The position numbers and the translations under genes were made by a program. The notes under the pieces were generated by a model that saw only the letters and a list, made by a program, of their open reading frames with translations, was not told the origin of the DNA and did not search any database. Positions 52,131 to 64,000 of a stretch of DNA of 64,000 nucleotides are shown in pieces. Source of the stretch: Laetmonice hystrix (Eukaryota); NCBI GenBank assembly GCA_965235115.1, contig OZ249436.1, positions 10,354,001 through 10,418,000 of the forward strand. Direction: 5' to 3'. How positions within the stretch are numbered: the first letter of the stretch is position 1; each line of letters opens with the position of its first letter.

Positions 52131-55100
52131 ATAATCTATCTGACTGGCCTCAGTCTCTTGACATCATGCATGAAGTCGGCCTGACAAACTCTCTGCTGGA
52201 TACAAGAAGCTTCCCTCAATATGTCACTGAAGAGAGTTACAGATGGCAATCTCTCGCTGCATGGAGAGAGTGTAAAGTCAATGGTACACCATGCGAGTCT
52301 GGCTACCATTTATACGAAGTAAAAATTATCATAAGGGAAATAGTCATGATTTCTCAAGTCTATATGAGCCTTCGGCTGTTGTCCAGCCCATTTCAGAATG
52401 GACCGAGCCTCTGAAGGTATAACTTGTAGGCTCGCTATCTAAAATCTTTAGAATGGCCTTAGTACTGGCAATAACAAATGCTGCATGCCACTGAAGCGGT
52501 CGCATTGACATAAGTAGTGACACTGGTTAAACTCTACAGCATCTTCTCTACATCCTATACCGTCATTACTGCACCTGATCCCTTGCTCGTCTAATTATAA
52601 TTCATTCACTACTATCAGGCTTGTGTGAGGATAGCGATGCGAATATGAGACTAAGGTATACACGAGGGATATGTCTATAAGTCTTGAAATATCTCCACAC
52701 AAAATTCTTAGATAGTTGAGATAAAAGAAGAACGCTATCTGAGTGATGCATGCTGCTAAACGTTGTGAGAACTGTGGGTGTCAAGATCTGACTTATGACA
52801 GAAATCTCTTGTAATTACCTTTCTGGTCATGACTGTAACAGTAAACAAGGCTGAACCGTCACCGTATCTACGCTACAGGCTCCTGTTTCACGGTACCGTG
52901 GACTCAGTTTTCTCAACATAATTTTGTACTGTATGCCCGTGATTATTGGCGATCAGGACAATTTGTAAGGGGAAGAGCTGAATTTAGGGGTCGGCTAAAT
53001 GCAGCCTGAGGAGTTAGTGGCAGAGGATGGTAGGGCGGGCAGGATGAATGGTGGGCAGGTCAGCAGGTTGACCTGGCGGGGGCCTGCACCAGGCCATACC
53101 AGATACAGCCCCATGAGGGCTAATAGCACCGCTATACGCCGGCCTCCTCATGGGGCCTTCCCTCCTGGCACTACCAACTAAAGGTGACTCTCTCAAAACA
53201 GGGGTGGTGGTCACAGCTAATGAAACCTCGCCATCATATTATATCACGACGCAAATCTGGAGCTAATATAAAACCATAATTTAATGTCTGACACCTTGTA
53301 GCTAGCAGTGGCCATGTGGCGTCAAAGTTGAAAGATACCCTTGTCCTTGACAGGAAGGGTGTGGGCAGGACGGTTTGCCCACACATGGTTCATAACCACA
53401 TGAAAGGCCATGAAGACATGGAAGCATCATCTTAGACGGCGGGATACAAAATCTGTAACCTATATCAACTTTTGATCTCGACTCATAAGCACTATCCCAA
53501 AGATACTCCTAGCTTGTACTATGTGAGCTCTATCCTAAGGACAATGTCCACTTTAAATCTAGATAAATAATCCATGTCTGTCACAAAACACAAGTTTATG
53601 AATTCAGACATTCTACCGTTACTCCTCTGACGTTTAGGCTTCCACATAACCCTGGAGCGCCCTCATGGGCAGTAGCAGAGTACGTCTGGGTGTACACACG
53701 CAGGAACGAGGCTAATGGGTCTGACAGGCGAGGAGGAGGCGCTGTCGTCCTGCCAGACAGGTAACGGTGTCTTCAAGGGGCCCGTCAGCGCTCGTGTGAC
53801 AAGCATACAGGTGAACTGTGACCAAGACACTCAACTTTCGAGTACAGGTTCACAGTTTTTTGTATAGTATTTTCGTAGTTTAGAAGACGATGGCTCCCGC
53901 ACGATGTTTTCTCTCTCGACCTAAAATTCGCACCCAACTCTCAGTCGGGGTTAATAGTGAGTCAAACGCTACTGTCAGTGTATTATCGGGATATGGCTGG
54001 TGTCTGTCTTTGCCTGGGGAAACAAACGACCTGAACTTTTCATTAGTTTGGCTTAGAAACAGTTTGGTTTTTGTAAGCGTGCCTAGTTACTAGAGTTGTC
54101 ACTGGGGCTAACTAGGGTCTGTCACTGTGGGTATGTGACCACACACTGTGACCTGCTGCCAAGGCCCTGTGACAGCGGTGGGGGCGGTAGCAGCAGCATG
54201 CTCTCAGCTAGGCCCTTATACTCCTTCACCCCATCAGGCGTCTGTCTACCAGTGTTCTGGCTAGTTAAGGCCATGATGGAACACAACTGGTACGCCACCT
54301 TAGGTCTGAAACAAACCTGTTCTATAGTCTGCTTGGTCCGCTGTCTTCTATGTTCTCTTCACTTAATCTATATATTTTGCTTTCAAGTTAAATTCATCCC
54401 CTGTCAACAGATCATTATGAACCATGGGGCGGGAAAATGTCCGGATGAGCTGGTCATGGTGGTGCTATTATGTGATTGGTAACATCAGTCATGTAAACCC
54501 AAACGACAGACTGTGACGTGGAAGCTAACAAACGTATTCAATGGGGCGTGTTCACACAGAGATAATCGACACTTAAATTGTTTACAAAACAACATTACAC
54601 TACGTGACTTTACTTGTAAATCCAGTTTCATAATCGACACTTAACAATGGCGACGAGTACTCGGTTGCGGTAAGGGTTGGGTTGAAATACGGGGGTTTTC
54701 TGGGCCTTGTTAGTAACAGTCTGGAGTCTAGACAGCGTGATTTGCGGTCCGACCACCCTATAATGGGGGAGCGCACAGGTCCAGCCCAGCTGTGGTCAGC
54801 TGTAGGTTATAATGGTCAGACCATTACAGATAACAGTCGACCTGCATACAACAACCAACTCCATTTCCACTTGATATATCTCCTAGCTTGTCACTTTAAT
54901 AGAAGACTAGCTGTACGTTTTATGGCTGTTTGCTCACCCTTCCCCGCCTGCTGCAGCCTGAAAAAATTGATGTGTCAAGTGCATGAACATGATACAAAGC
55001 ACTTTGGCCCTTGGCTTATTACAATATTTCATTTTTAAAAAGGAACAAAAAAGAGAGATGAAATGGCTAAATGGGGTTCTTTCAAAAGTTTTGGAGATAG

Positions 55101-55984
55101 CGGGGATATCTCCAGTTCTAACATAAGATGGCAAATCTTGAAATCTTTACACTGATATTCAGATATATAGCTTTTTCTAGACACACTTCTGGATTGTATT
55201 TACTTCAAATCTATAAATCAAGAAAGAGCTTTGAACAGCTACACTCCCTCCTATTTACAGATTACAAAATGTCCCACTAGCTGGATCGTGAATCACGGGC
55301 CTGCCATTCTGTTTTGTATCTCTTTCTGATCCATTATATGTGCTTATCTCGTGTTGAGACGACCTCCGTTATAGTGAGCTCTACCTGAGATGTACATGTG
55401 AACCGCCAAACTTCCCTTCTCTGCCTTCCTCCCTCTCTCCCGGACTCTGTAATCTAACTGTGAATCGCCAACATGACAGATGAAGTTCCAATGATGAACT
55501 TCAGGTTTCTTGCTTGGGTAAATATCGTCTTGACATACCAGGTGCCTGCCTTACTTCTTTTTTGGGTGGCGCAATCAACACTTGGAGAGAGAGAGCAGCC
55601 GAAACAGGTTCGACGTCCTCTGTTGATAGCCAAAAGAGTTTGGAGGCAGCTCCAATGATGAGGTCGTAAACATACGACCAATTCGCCAGTTCGGCTGAAG
55701 CCATGGCCCTCAGAGCGGCCATCAGTAGAAATATATCAGGTGTTATCAGGCTGATATCAGACATTGTAGATGGGAGTCGTGTGTGGAATCTCATCGCCCA
55801 TCGATAGCAATGGGACCCCTGGCTGTGTGGGCCCCAGTCCCCGAAACCTCCCCCACTGGTAACAGGCATTCCACCCTGACAGCCACCCCTCATCATCATT
55901 CTAATTTGATCATTCTCTACACTTGCTACGTATGATCCCACACACAAACTGTTACCAGCGCCTCTCCCCTTGACCACGGCGCTG

Positions 55985-56210
55985 CTCCCACTGACGTATC
56001 GTTTCAGGGATCGCGGCTCGCGCCATGGGTCCCCGTGTGATAACATACCGTCGGTGGGAGTGGAATGCCCGCCAGCCAGCCCGGCCTACCCGCCCAGACC
56101 GCCCGGCACACAGGCCCGGCGGACGGGTTGCTTTCCCCGGCGGCCGCCAGGCGACGCTCCGATGAATCAATCTCGATCAGAAAACTCGCATCGTGTATCC
56201 GCGCGCATAC
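55985..56210. promoter_or_regulatory. CpG/GC-rich island-like segment
   Basis: Dense CG dinucleotides (cgcggctcgcgcc, ccggcggacggg, ccccggcggccgcc, ccgcgcgc) against an AT-richer background. Confidence 0.35.
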
Positions 56211-58643
56211 AAGTGGGAAATAGAGTATTAAACCATCGTAGTTTGATGTCTTCCCCAGGTGATCCGGGGGCAATTAGGTATCCTTCACAGGACCGCACAC
56301 AACTCTGACCAACCATACATTAAAACACGCTGAAAAGACATTAAACGCAGGGCACTGCCTCATTCTTTTTAGAAGTAAAGGCTAAGCGGCAACGAATGTG
56401 TCGCACTTTGCTCACGAGTAAACCTGTTCACCTGACTTATGATGAAGCCGTTGCGTTTCAAGTCATCCCCACGCTCTCAAAATGTTTCATACCAAGAATG
56501 ATGACGCTAAATTTATCTTTGTTAGACCTCACACCACGGGTCAGCCTACTCGTGTGATGTTTTACGCATCTGAAGAAAATTTCTCTGATTGATTCTCATC
56601 CAGGACAGCCCGACAAACGTGAACTGCGGCAGGTTTCTACATAACGAAAACGGCACCATCCTGGAAGTCTGAAGTCGACTGAACAGCCACGACTGGATTC
56701 CTTGGGATCTGAGCCTGTCACAGTAGGGTGGCTTCAGTGGTCGACGTGGCAGGTCTTATCTACTAATTGCTACATGGTCTCCCTAACCAGCCTCACATGG
56801 CTAATTTATTGGGCCTTGGCAAGGCGGCCCAGACAGGCAGATACGGACGGACGGAGGACCCCACAGACTACTTTTGATAGCGTGGAGATGGCGGCAAGCC
56901 GGACGGAGAGTGTGTCACAGGGGAACAAGGGTCAGAGGGATACGACGGTCAGTCAACAGAGATCGGGACGCCCAAACATTCGGCTGCCATATTTGCCAAT
57001 GCACCCGCCACATCAACGTAATAGATTCCTTTATTTCATGACTGAAAGCATTTGTTGGCGTCCCTTGAGTTTAAGAATTTTACCGGCGTCCTTAAGCTGT
57101 GCAATGTGTGCTGAGATAGGGAGAAGCAATGCGAGTCTTCATGGCCCCAGTATTTCACATTCCTGACTCCAAGGTGCTTTGCTTCTCACGATAACCTGCC
57201 AATATGGACAGTTTCTCATTCTGAAACTTTTACTAACTTAAAATCACAAATGATGCACCATACATAGAGAGTTTACATTGGGATGGCGGGGGGATCTTGA
57301 CTTATCTATCAAGTGTTACAGTGGTCTCACAAAAAAAGTAAATAATTCCCCCTTGGTTCGTACTGAGGTATATCCCGTGCTGGATCGTGTTTTTTAAAAA
57401 GTCTCAGGTTTAGGATTAGATTGACTGCACTGTCTGCATGAAGAGCTGAAGTTACAAATTGACACATCAAGGCCCTGAGCCTCTGTCTGTCTCCTACCTT
57501 AACACCGACTGTAAAAAAAACAACTTTATCTTCTTCTTGCCTCATTTATACCGGCCCTATATACCGTGATGTGCGTAAATCTTCCGGCCCACCTGCATCA
57601 TCTTCTCAACAACTATAAACACTAAGGTCACAATCAATCTAATTCATTCCTTACCGTCCCCCAACCAATCTTATACCTACAGGCATTTCAACGGGTGGCA
57701 GGAGCATATGAACCATAGTCTATTATTGAACAATTTGAAAGAGGCCTTGAGATATAATTGATTATACTTTCTGGTTATCCTCAGAACAATGGGGTTCTTT
57801 TTGAATTGCTTTTGCTCATTTATCAACGCCCCATGTCTCGGGATAGGGGCTGTGAATGTGCTAGTCCCCCCGCCTCGCCAATCAGCCTACCTGAGTGGGC
57901 CTACTGAGCAGCGAGGGTGATGAAGTGTCACTGATTTCACGCGGCCTCGAGGCAAACGTCAGATTGAACATTACTTTTGTCGAAATGATTGCAAGAGTAG
58001 CTCACCTTGGTAGTTGTCGGCGGCCATGTGTGTTGAAATTGTGGTACCTGGTACAATGATAGCAGGTGGGGGACGAGTGGGGGGGACCAGGCTGACAATT
58101 CGTCACACCTCTCACCACTGGCCCCCGCCGCTGACCTACACATCCCCTCATTTATTGTCATATCAATTGCAGGGGTCCGGGGGGTAAAGTCCCCACTGTG
58201 AGTTCCCATTAGGGGGCTGCAGTGCTGGCCTACCTGCCACCACAGACTCCGCAGTATTAGCGGCAACCCTGCAATTTGTCAGGACTGGCTGGACCATGAA
58301 GCCGAGCTTCAGCCGACCAGCAATATCTCTCCTATTAAACACTATCAGCCCGCGTGAGGTGATTCTAGATATTTTGATCTATTTGGTTTCCATTTTCTTT
58401 GTTCGAGATGTAATCAGAGTTGCGCGCGGAGGAAAATACACGTCTTTTTCTGTCAGACATACTGTAATCTACCCACGATATGAGGACAGACTGATAATAA
58501 TATCGGATTTCCATTCTCATCAAACTTGGCGCAAACAAAGTTCCATCTGTGTAGAAAAATTCCCACCTTATAATCATTGCTGCGATCAGACGCTACCGTT
58601 CTTTTGTTCAATGTTATTTTCCAGTTGTTTTATTGGGGCCCAC

Positions 58644-58958
58644 TAAAGTGATACTGTATCCTGGTTCCATTATTTTTTTTATCAAATCATTCCTCATTTT
58701 AGTTGTGTCCCACATATTAGTTTCAATTTTATCATTAATCTTAGGTACCTAACCGAAGTTTTATGGCTGGCATCTGTCTCTTGTCGTAGTAGAAAAACAT
58801 TGAAGCTGTCGCGGTGGTCGGTAATGAAGTTATAACAAACCGACATCTCAGTCGGCCTACACCAAGCTCACAGGGATCTGGTTAAATTTTGATAAAGTTA
58901 AATCAAGGTCATCATAAGAGATATCATGTCAAAAACACCTTTCCAGATACACACTTAA
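58644..58958. mobile_element. Possible degenerate MITE (~315 bp)
   Basis: Left end taaagtgatactgtatcctgg versus reverse complement of the right end ttaagtgtgtatctgg: imperfect terminal inverted repeats around an AT-rich interior. Confidence 0.25.
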
Positions 58959-61880
58959 AGCAATTAGTGTTTTTTTTGTCGTCCTCATTTTCACCGTTAC
59001 CATCAAAGGTTTTTTTAATCAAAGTGTAATTGGTCACCGACAGAAAAACCTTTGACCATGTTTTCCATCTATTTGCCATACAGTGTCAGGAATTCCTGTG
59101 TAAAGGCCCAACATCCTGAACATATGATTAGTCCTTTGTGTGAAAGAAAAGTTGTTAAGCCGACCGGCTTAATGGCTAAGCTTGGGTCATGGGAAAAGGT
59201 AGAATTCAATAACTTTTACAGGAGAAATTTTGCTGGCTTGGGGCATCAATGTCAAAGTGGTCAGTGTGGATGGGCCCAATATCATCTGTCACATTAAGGT
59301 CATAGTTGAGACTTACGGCCTTCTCTGTGTGCACTGCTTCAAGCTTGTTGGCAAACAGTCACTGAGCGGCCGCGTGGCTGGGGGATAGCCGCCCATTGCC
59401 ACAGTAATGTCTGTCTGAATGGCCGCTGCCAGCTATAACAGCAACTGTCATCATCTCTAACAAAACAACAGAAGAAAACATCTGAAGAATGCCGCAAGTA
59501 GCAGGACAGGTGGATGTCTCACAGTCATCTCAGCCACCACCAAACCCGTTTTTACCTAAAACGAGGAATGTTTAAGTGCACAAAAAGTCAATCATCCTTT
59601 TTCATCTTTGGATCTTTTGACATTTTAAAATTAATGTTCACATTGTTCTATTTGGGGGAAATAAGAAAGAAAACTGTCCATGCACTGCGTGGACATGACA
59701 ATGCATTGTTGACCCCCAACGGCAAGAAGGGACGGTCTGCAGGATTCCGAGTGATCTCATATCACGCTTACTTCTTTATAATACAACTTCAAAGGAAAGT
59801 AGTTTTAGGCTATTTAAATACCACTTCTCGGTAAGACCTACTAATTAATAAGGGGATACATTTGAGTCAAGTATGCTTAAATTCCATATTGATTCTGATC
59901 GTAGGAATGTGTTTATCCATAACTTTCTTATGTGTCATGACAAAACTATACCAGTATAAGGAGGAACCTATAATTATGACACAAACCTATAGCTCTACAC
60001 ATGCAGGGCCCTTCTACCAGTATACTTTCTCACTCTCTACTTCAAATACATACTCGTCTCCCCACTTAGGTGGCATAATCCTGTGTCTCGGTAGTGATCT
60101 ATTTAACTTTGAAGTTCATCATCGTAATAAACCATGCATTTCCGAAACGTTATCCACACTAGGGCTGGTATTGGCATCATAAACATGAGAATTTCTATGT
60201 GTAATTCTATTCAGAAAGTCTACATTGCCATACCCACGACTGCACAACAAACACGCGGGTTGCGTGACACATAGTGAAAGTCATACCCGCCATGTAGATT
60301 CAGGTTTCTTACAAACCCACAAACTCCATGGACTGAAATATTATACAGTTTACAGGACACTGCTGCCAAGACGTCGGCCTCCCATCAAAGCCAATCTTTT
60401 AACGCGTTACTAGCCATGACATAGGTAGAGTCCCTCACTTGCTCACCAGTGCCAGTACGTACACTCACTGACCTCTTCACCTGAACCTTTATTTCCTTTG
60501 CTGAATGCACCAGTTAATTTCCGCGCCTTCAACAGCCTTGACTTGCCGCATGTAGCATGTTGTGGCGGACTGCTGGGACCAATTAATATGTCAGATGTTT
60601 TGCTCACTTGTTGATGAGTTCCTCAATGAAGGCCTGCAACCTTGTATCTTCAATTATACCAGATTCCTTTGTGTGTGTGTGATAAACCAACCACACCTAC
60701 TAATCCACGACCAGAGCCCCCACTCATCTACAATTTGGAGTCCTTTGTGGTTCCATAGTTTGCCTGAGGCAATGGCCTCGTCGCTGCCTTACAGCTGCCA
60801 GCGAGACCTGCTTCACACACCGTATACCTGACTGTTTGAGCAATGACACTTTCTTTTAATATCACCCCATGGACGGATAGATTTCAGCTCTTGGTGACGT
60901 TTTTAAAGTTGACAAGTTACTTCAATTTGCAAACATTTGTGTGCCTTTAATACGAGAAGCCAACGGTGTTTGGTTATACCGTTGTCACAGCCTTCGGGTT
61001 AAAATTCATACACTTAATTACATTTGGTGTCAAACAAGAATCTTAAAGACAGATGACTTCCCGAATCATAAAGTAGTCATTTTATATCCAGAAAAGAAAA
61101 TCTCTCTTTTTTCAGCCACATCAGAGGGAGCCTTCGGGCCTTAAGGACCTTCCCTCTATTTGACCTCAATACCATGTACTTATGCCTGTTGCCTTCATTG
61201 TCTTTAGGAAGCGAAAACAATGCTAAAGAAACAACTAGCAGCGCCCAGCATGTGGTCGTGGTCCATCTTTGTCAGTCGGACGGGATGCCCGAGACAGAAT
61301 GAGTGGTCTGCTTCAGTCATCACACGACTATTCATCAAAATGCTCCGAGGAGTGCCGACTGGCAGGCCCACTCACTCGACTGGCCCGGTCTGTTCTGGCA
61401 CTCCGCAACCCGCCCCACCTCCCCTATCTCAACAAAATTAAATCCCGTCCCCCTTTTTACATCCGTCTTCCAAGATGAATCAATCCTCTGCAACGGCATA
61501 TTTTCTCTGTTTCCTTTGAAATATTAATCACTATTAATTTGACCTCTGACCTGAGTACCAGCCTTCCTAATTAGTGTGGCATCGACCTTGACCAGACGGG
61601 GCTAGCTTTCAATCAGAAATCTTTGATGGATTACCAACAATTTCTCTCGGTCTCAAAGGGCAATGGCAAACTTGGTATTAAATGTGGCTGATTGCCACAG
61701 CAACTATTGTATATCACTGGTGGATTGCTGGCATTGTAAGGTCTGGGCTGGAGCAGGGGGACGACGAGGGGTAATTAGATTGGAATTGGAGGACACCTGT
61801 TCGTTATCAAAATAGTTGACTCTGTCAGAGTACCACAACTAGACGTGTAACAATTTTATGTCCTGCCTGACCGATGTCTT

Positions 61881-61897
61881 GGGGGGGGGGGGGGGGG
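61881..61897. repeat. Poly-G tract (17 G)
   Basis: Homopolymer run seen directly. Confidence 0.9.
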
Positions 61898-62824
61898 CTC
61901 GGTTTCAATGATTGCATGAAAAAGCCGAAATATTTCTTAACAAGCATTAATTACATGTATCATCAAAACAATCTAAGCACTGTCGGCTGGGCGGGGTCAG
62001 ACGGATGGACACGACCTTCCTGCAAGATCAAAGAGGTCTAGGAAGATACCCAGACATAAATCAAACTTTTAAGATTCTCAAAAGACACCCTGGTCTCCAG
62101 TTCAAGGTTTAAACACCTTTTCGTTCAACAAACATCTTTACCAAAATTACAGTAGCAAGCAATTAGTACTAGTTATCTGTTACCCATGCAGAACGTCATT
62201 TGTTTCAATTCTAACTAATCGTTGAGGGTTTGCATGATACAATACTTCGGGTTCCTTAACGTATAGATACAGGGACAATCAAGAATTCATCCTCAGTTGT
62301 TTTTTTATATGTTATAAATGCTGTTCTGTGACAAGTGCTCTCATCTTTCGAATTAAACAAAATTCATTTTGGTCAACGGACAGGTCAACGCACAGATGCT
62401 TGAATAAAACAAGGTACTCCCAACTCATTATGAATGGGAATTATTCTATTTCATCATAGCAAGTAATTCGGGTAATTAACCGGATTCTGAATGTCGACCG
62501 TGATCATCAACGCTGACCCGGTATTTATCGTTGTATCACATCTGTGTCTCATTCAAAGTAATCAACTCAAGGTCGATTGCATGACCTCCAATTCCGGGGT
62601 AGTTTTATTACGAGACTCATCATCAGATGTACAATACGTTAATCCCAGTCACATATGGCTCGATCTGTCCCGATACTTTCTTGACGACTAAACGACGACT
62701 GCCTCACTTACATTAGAAAAGGATGAGCTTAATTTAACGGACAAAACACCCTGGCCTGTATTTAAACAGTTGTGCTTGCCCTCTCTGTCTTTGTCTGTTT
62801 GGTCGTCTGCCTGTCTGTCTATGG

Positions 62825-62898
62825 CTGTCTCTCTCTCTCTGTTCGTATGTCTGCTACTTTCTTTCTCTGTGTCTGGGTGTCTCTCTCTCTATCGCTTG

Positions 62899-62929
<31 letters not shown>

Positions 62930-62945
62930 TCCCTCTCTCTCTCGT
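62825..62945. repeat. Interrupted (CT)n microsatellite
   Basis: Several ctctct runs, the longest in ~62899-62925. Confidence 0.9.
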
Positions 62946-64000
62946 TTGTTATTTTCTTCCGCTTGACCCGATTTATCCTGCTAACACCATGTTCACCCTT
63001 AATTACGCACCTCAGTATGTGTGATAATCATGCACTGAAACTTCTCTATGATTTATTCAAAAGAGTTACCAGATAGGTTTCCTGCTTGAAACGGCTGTGG
63101 TTTCCTTATAATGCAAGTTGCTCATGGTAAGCAAGGCTTATGCAGAGCTTGGACTCTTGCCAACCTATCTCCCAGCTTCTTTTTGTTGGTATTTAACACT
63201 GAAGTACATCAGAAAGCCTGGGCCCATCGTGTTGGATAAAAGCCTCCGGTACAAACACTGGCAGATAATAAAGACCATGCTTGCGTGAGACAATGCAGTT
63301 GGAACACCTGAGTCACTTTCATGTGGTTTGCTCTGGGTTTCGCCCCACTTTCATGCCTCGGTACCCTTTTAATGTGACACATGCAGTTGTTCCATGCAGA
63401 TGTTTTGATGAGTCGAGTGAGCAATATTTGAGCTTAATGCACTTGTAGACCGACCGAGGTCTGGAGGCGCCAGGAGCAATACCACAGCCGTCCTGCCCTG
63501 CTCAATCAGGCCTGCCCGGAGGAGTCGGCCATGATCCGAATATACAAATGGTCGGTGCATCTCTCATATTCTCCCTGGGAATGTTATGTGACAGCGCAGC
63601 AGGAGAGCAGCAAACTTCTGGTGCACTTTGGAGTTATAAGCTGATGGTACCTTCCACGAAATAACCTAGGACACTACACCGAAATGGCACAATAATGGAG
63701 TCACAAATCGTGCTATTTATAACCCTAGTCAAATTACCATGGGGGAATCACCACTTTGGCACCTGCCGCGGCCCAATGCAGGCCATCTTCAGCCCATATG
63801 GCGGCACCCAGCTTCCCCAGAGACTCTGCTTATGTGACCGAATAATACAAGCTGTCATTAGGTCATATCTGCCCCTATCACGCGTGCCCCTCTACCCTAA
63901 GCTGAGATCTTACCCCCTTTCTGTTCCGAGTCCGCCAGTTGCACTCTCCGACCTTCCAACTACAGCCTGCACGGCCCACATCATGCCAAAATTCCAAACA

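Larger units (their letters stand above)
2049..64000 (-). other. Inferred long upstream intron(s) of the ARID3 gene
   Basis: The ARID exon needs an upstream exon ending ...FLDDLFxFMQKR-G (phase 1). A manual search for reverse-complemented DD/FMQK/KEF/WTYEEQF codon patterns found no match in 2049-64000. This is inference from absence; the exon could have been missed or be divergent. Confidence 0.5.

Overview
Eukaryotic genomic DNA, most likely a bilaterian (marine invertebrate) animal. It is intron-like and repeat-rich, with no bacterial-style gene content. I could identify only one protein-coding exon with confidence: a 184-nt minus-strand exon (1865-2048) encoding the core ARID DNA-binding domain of an ARID3 / dead ringer (dri, retained, Bright) gene. 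I could not find the conserved neighbouring ARID3 exons by eye, so most of the window (2049 onward) may be one very long upstream intron. That region holds four minisatellite arrays (~52, 57, 41 and 48 bp units), short tandem duplications, microsatellites, and decayed fragments of LINEs (L1/Tx1-, CR1/L2- and Rex/Babar-like), Penelope-like GIY-YIG elements, a THAP domain relic, a SINE and a possible MITE. Most ORFs in the supplied track are repeat-derived or random. The most interesting signal is a minus-strand YAG|GTGAGT junction at 35008 with a second donor 34 nt further on, the layout of a recursive splice site / RS-exon, about 33 kb upstream of the ARID exon. All homology calls come from manual translation and motif recognition, not database searches.
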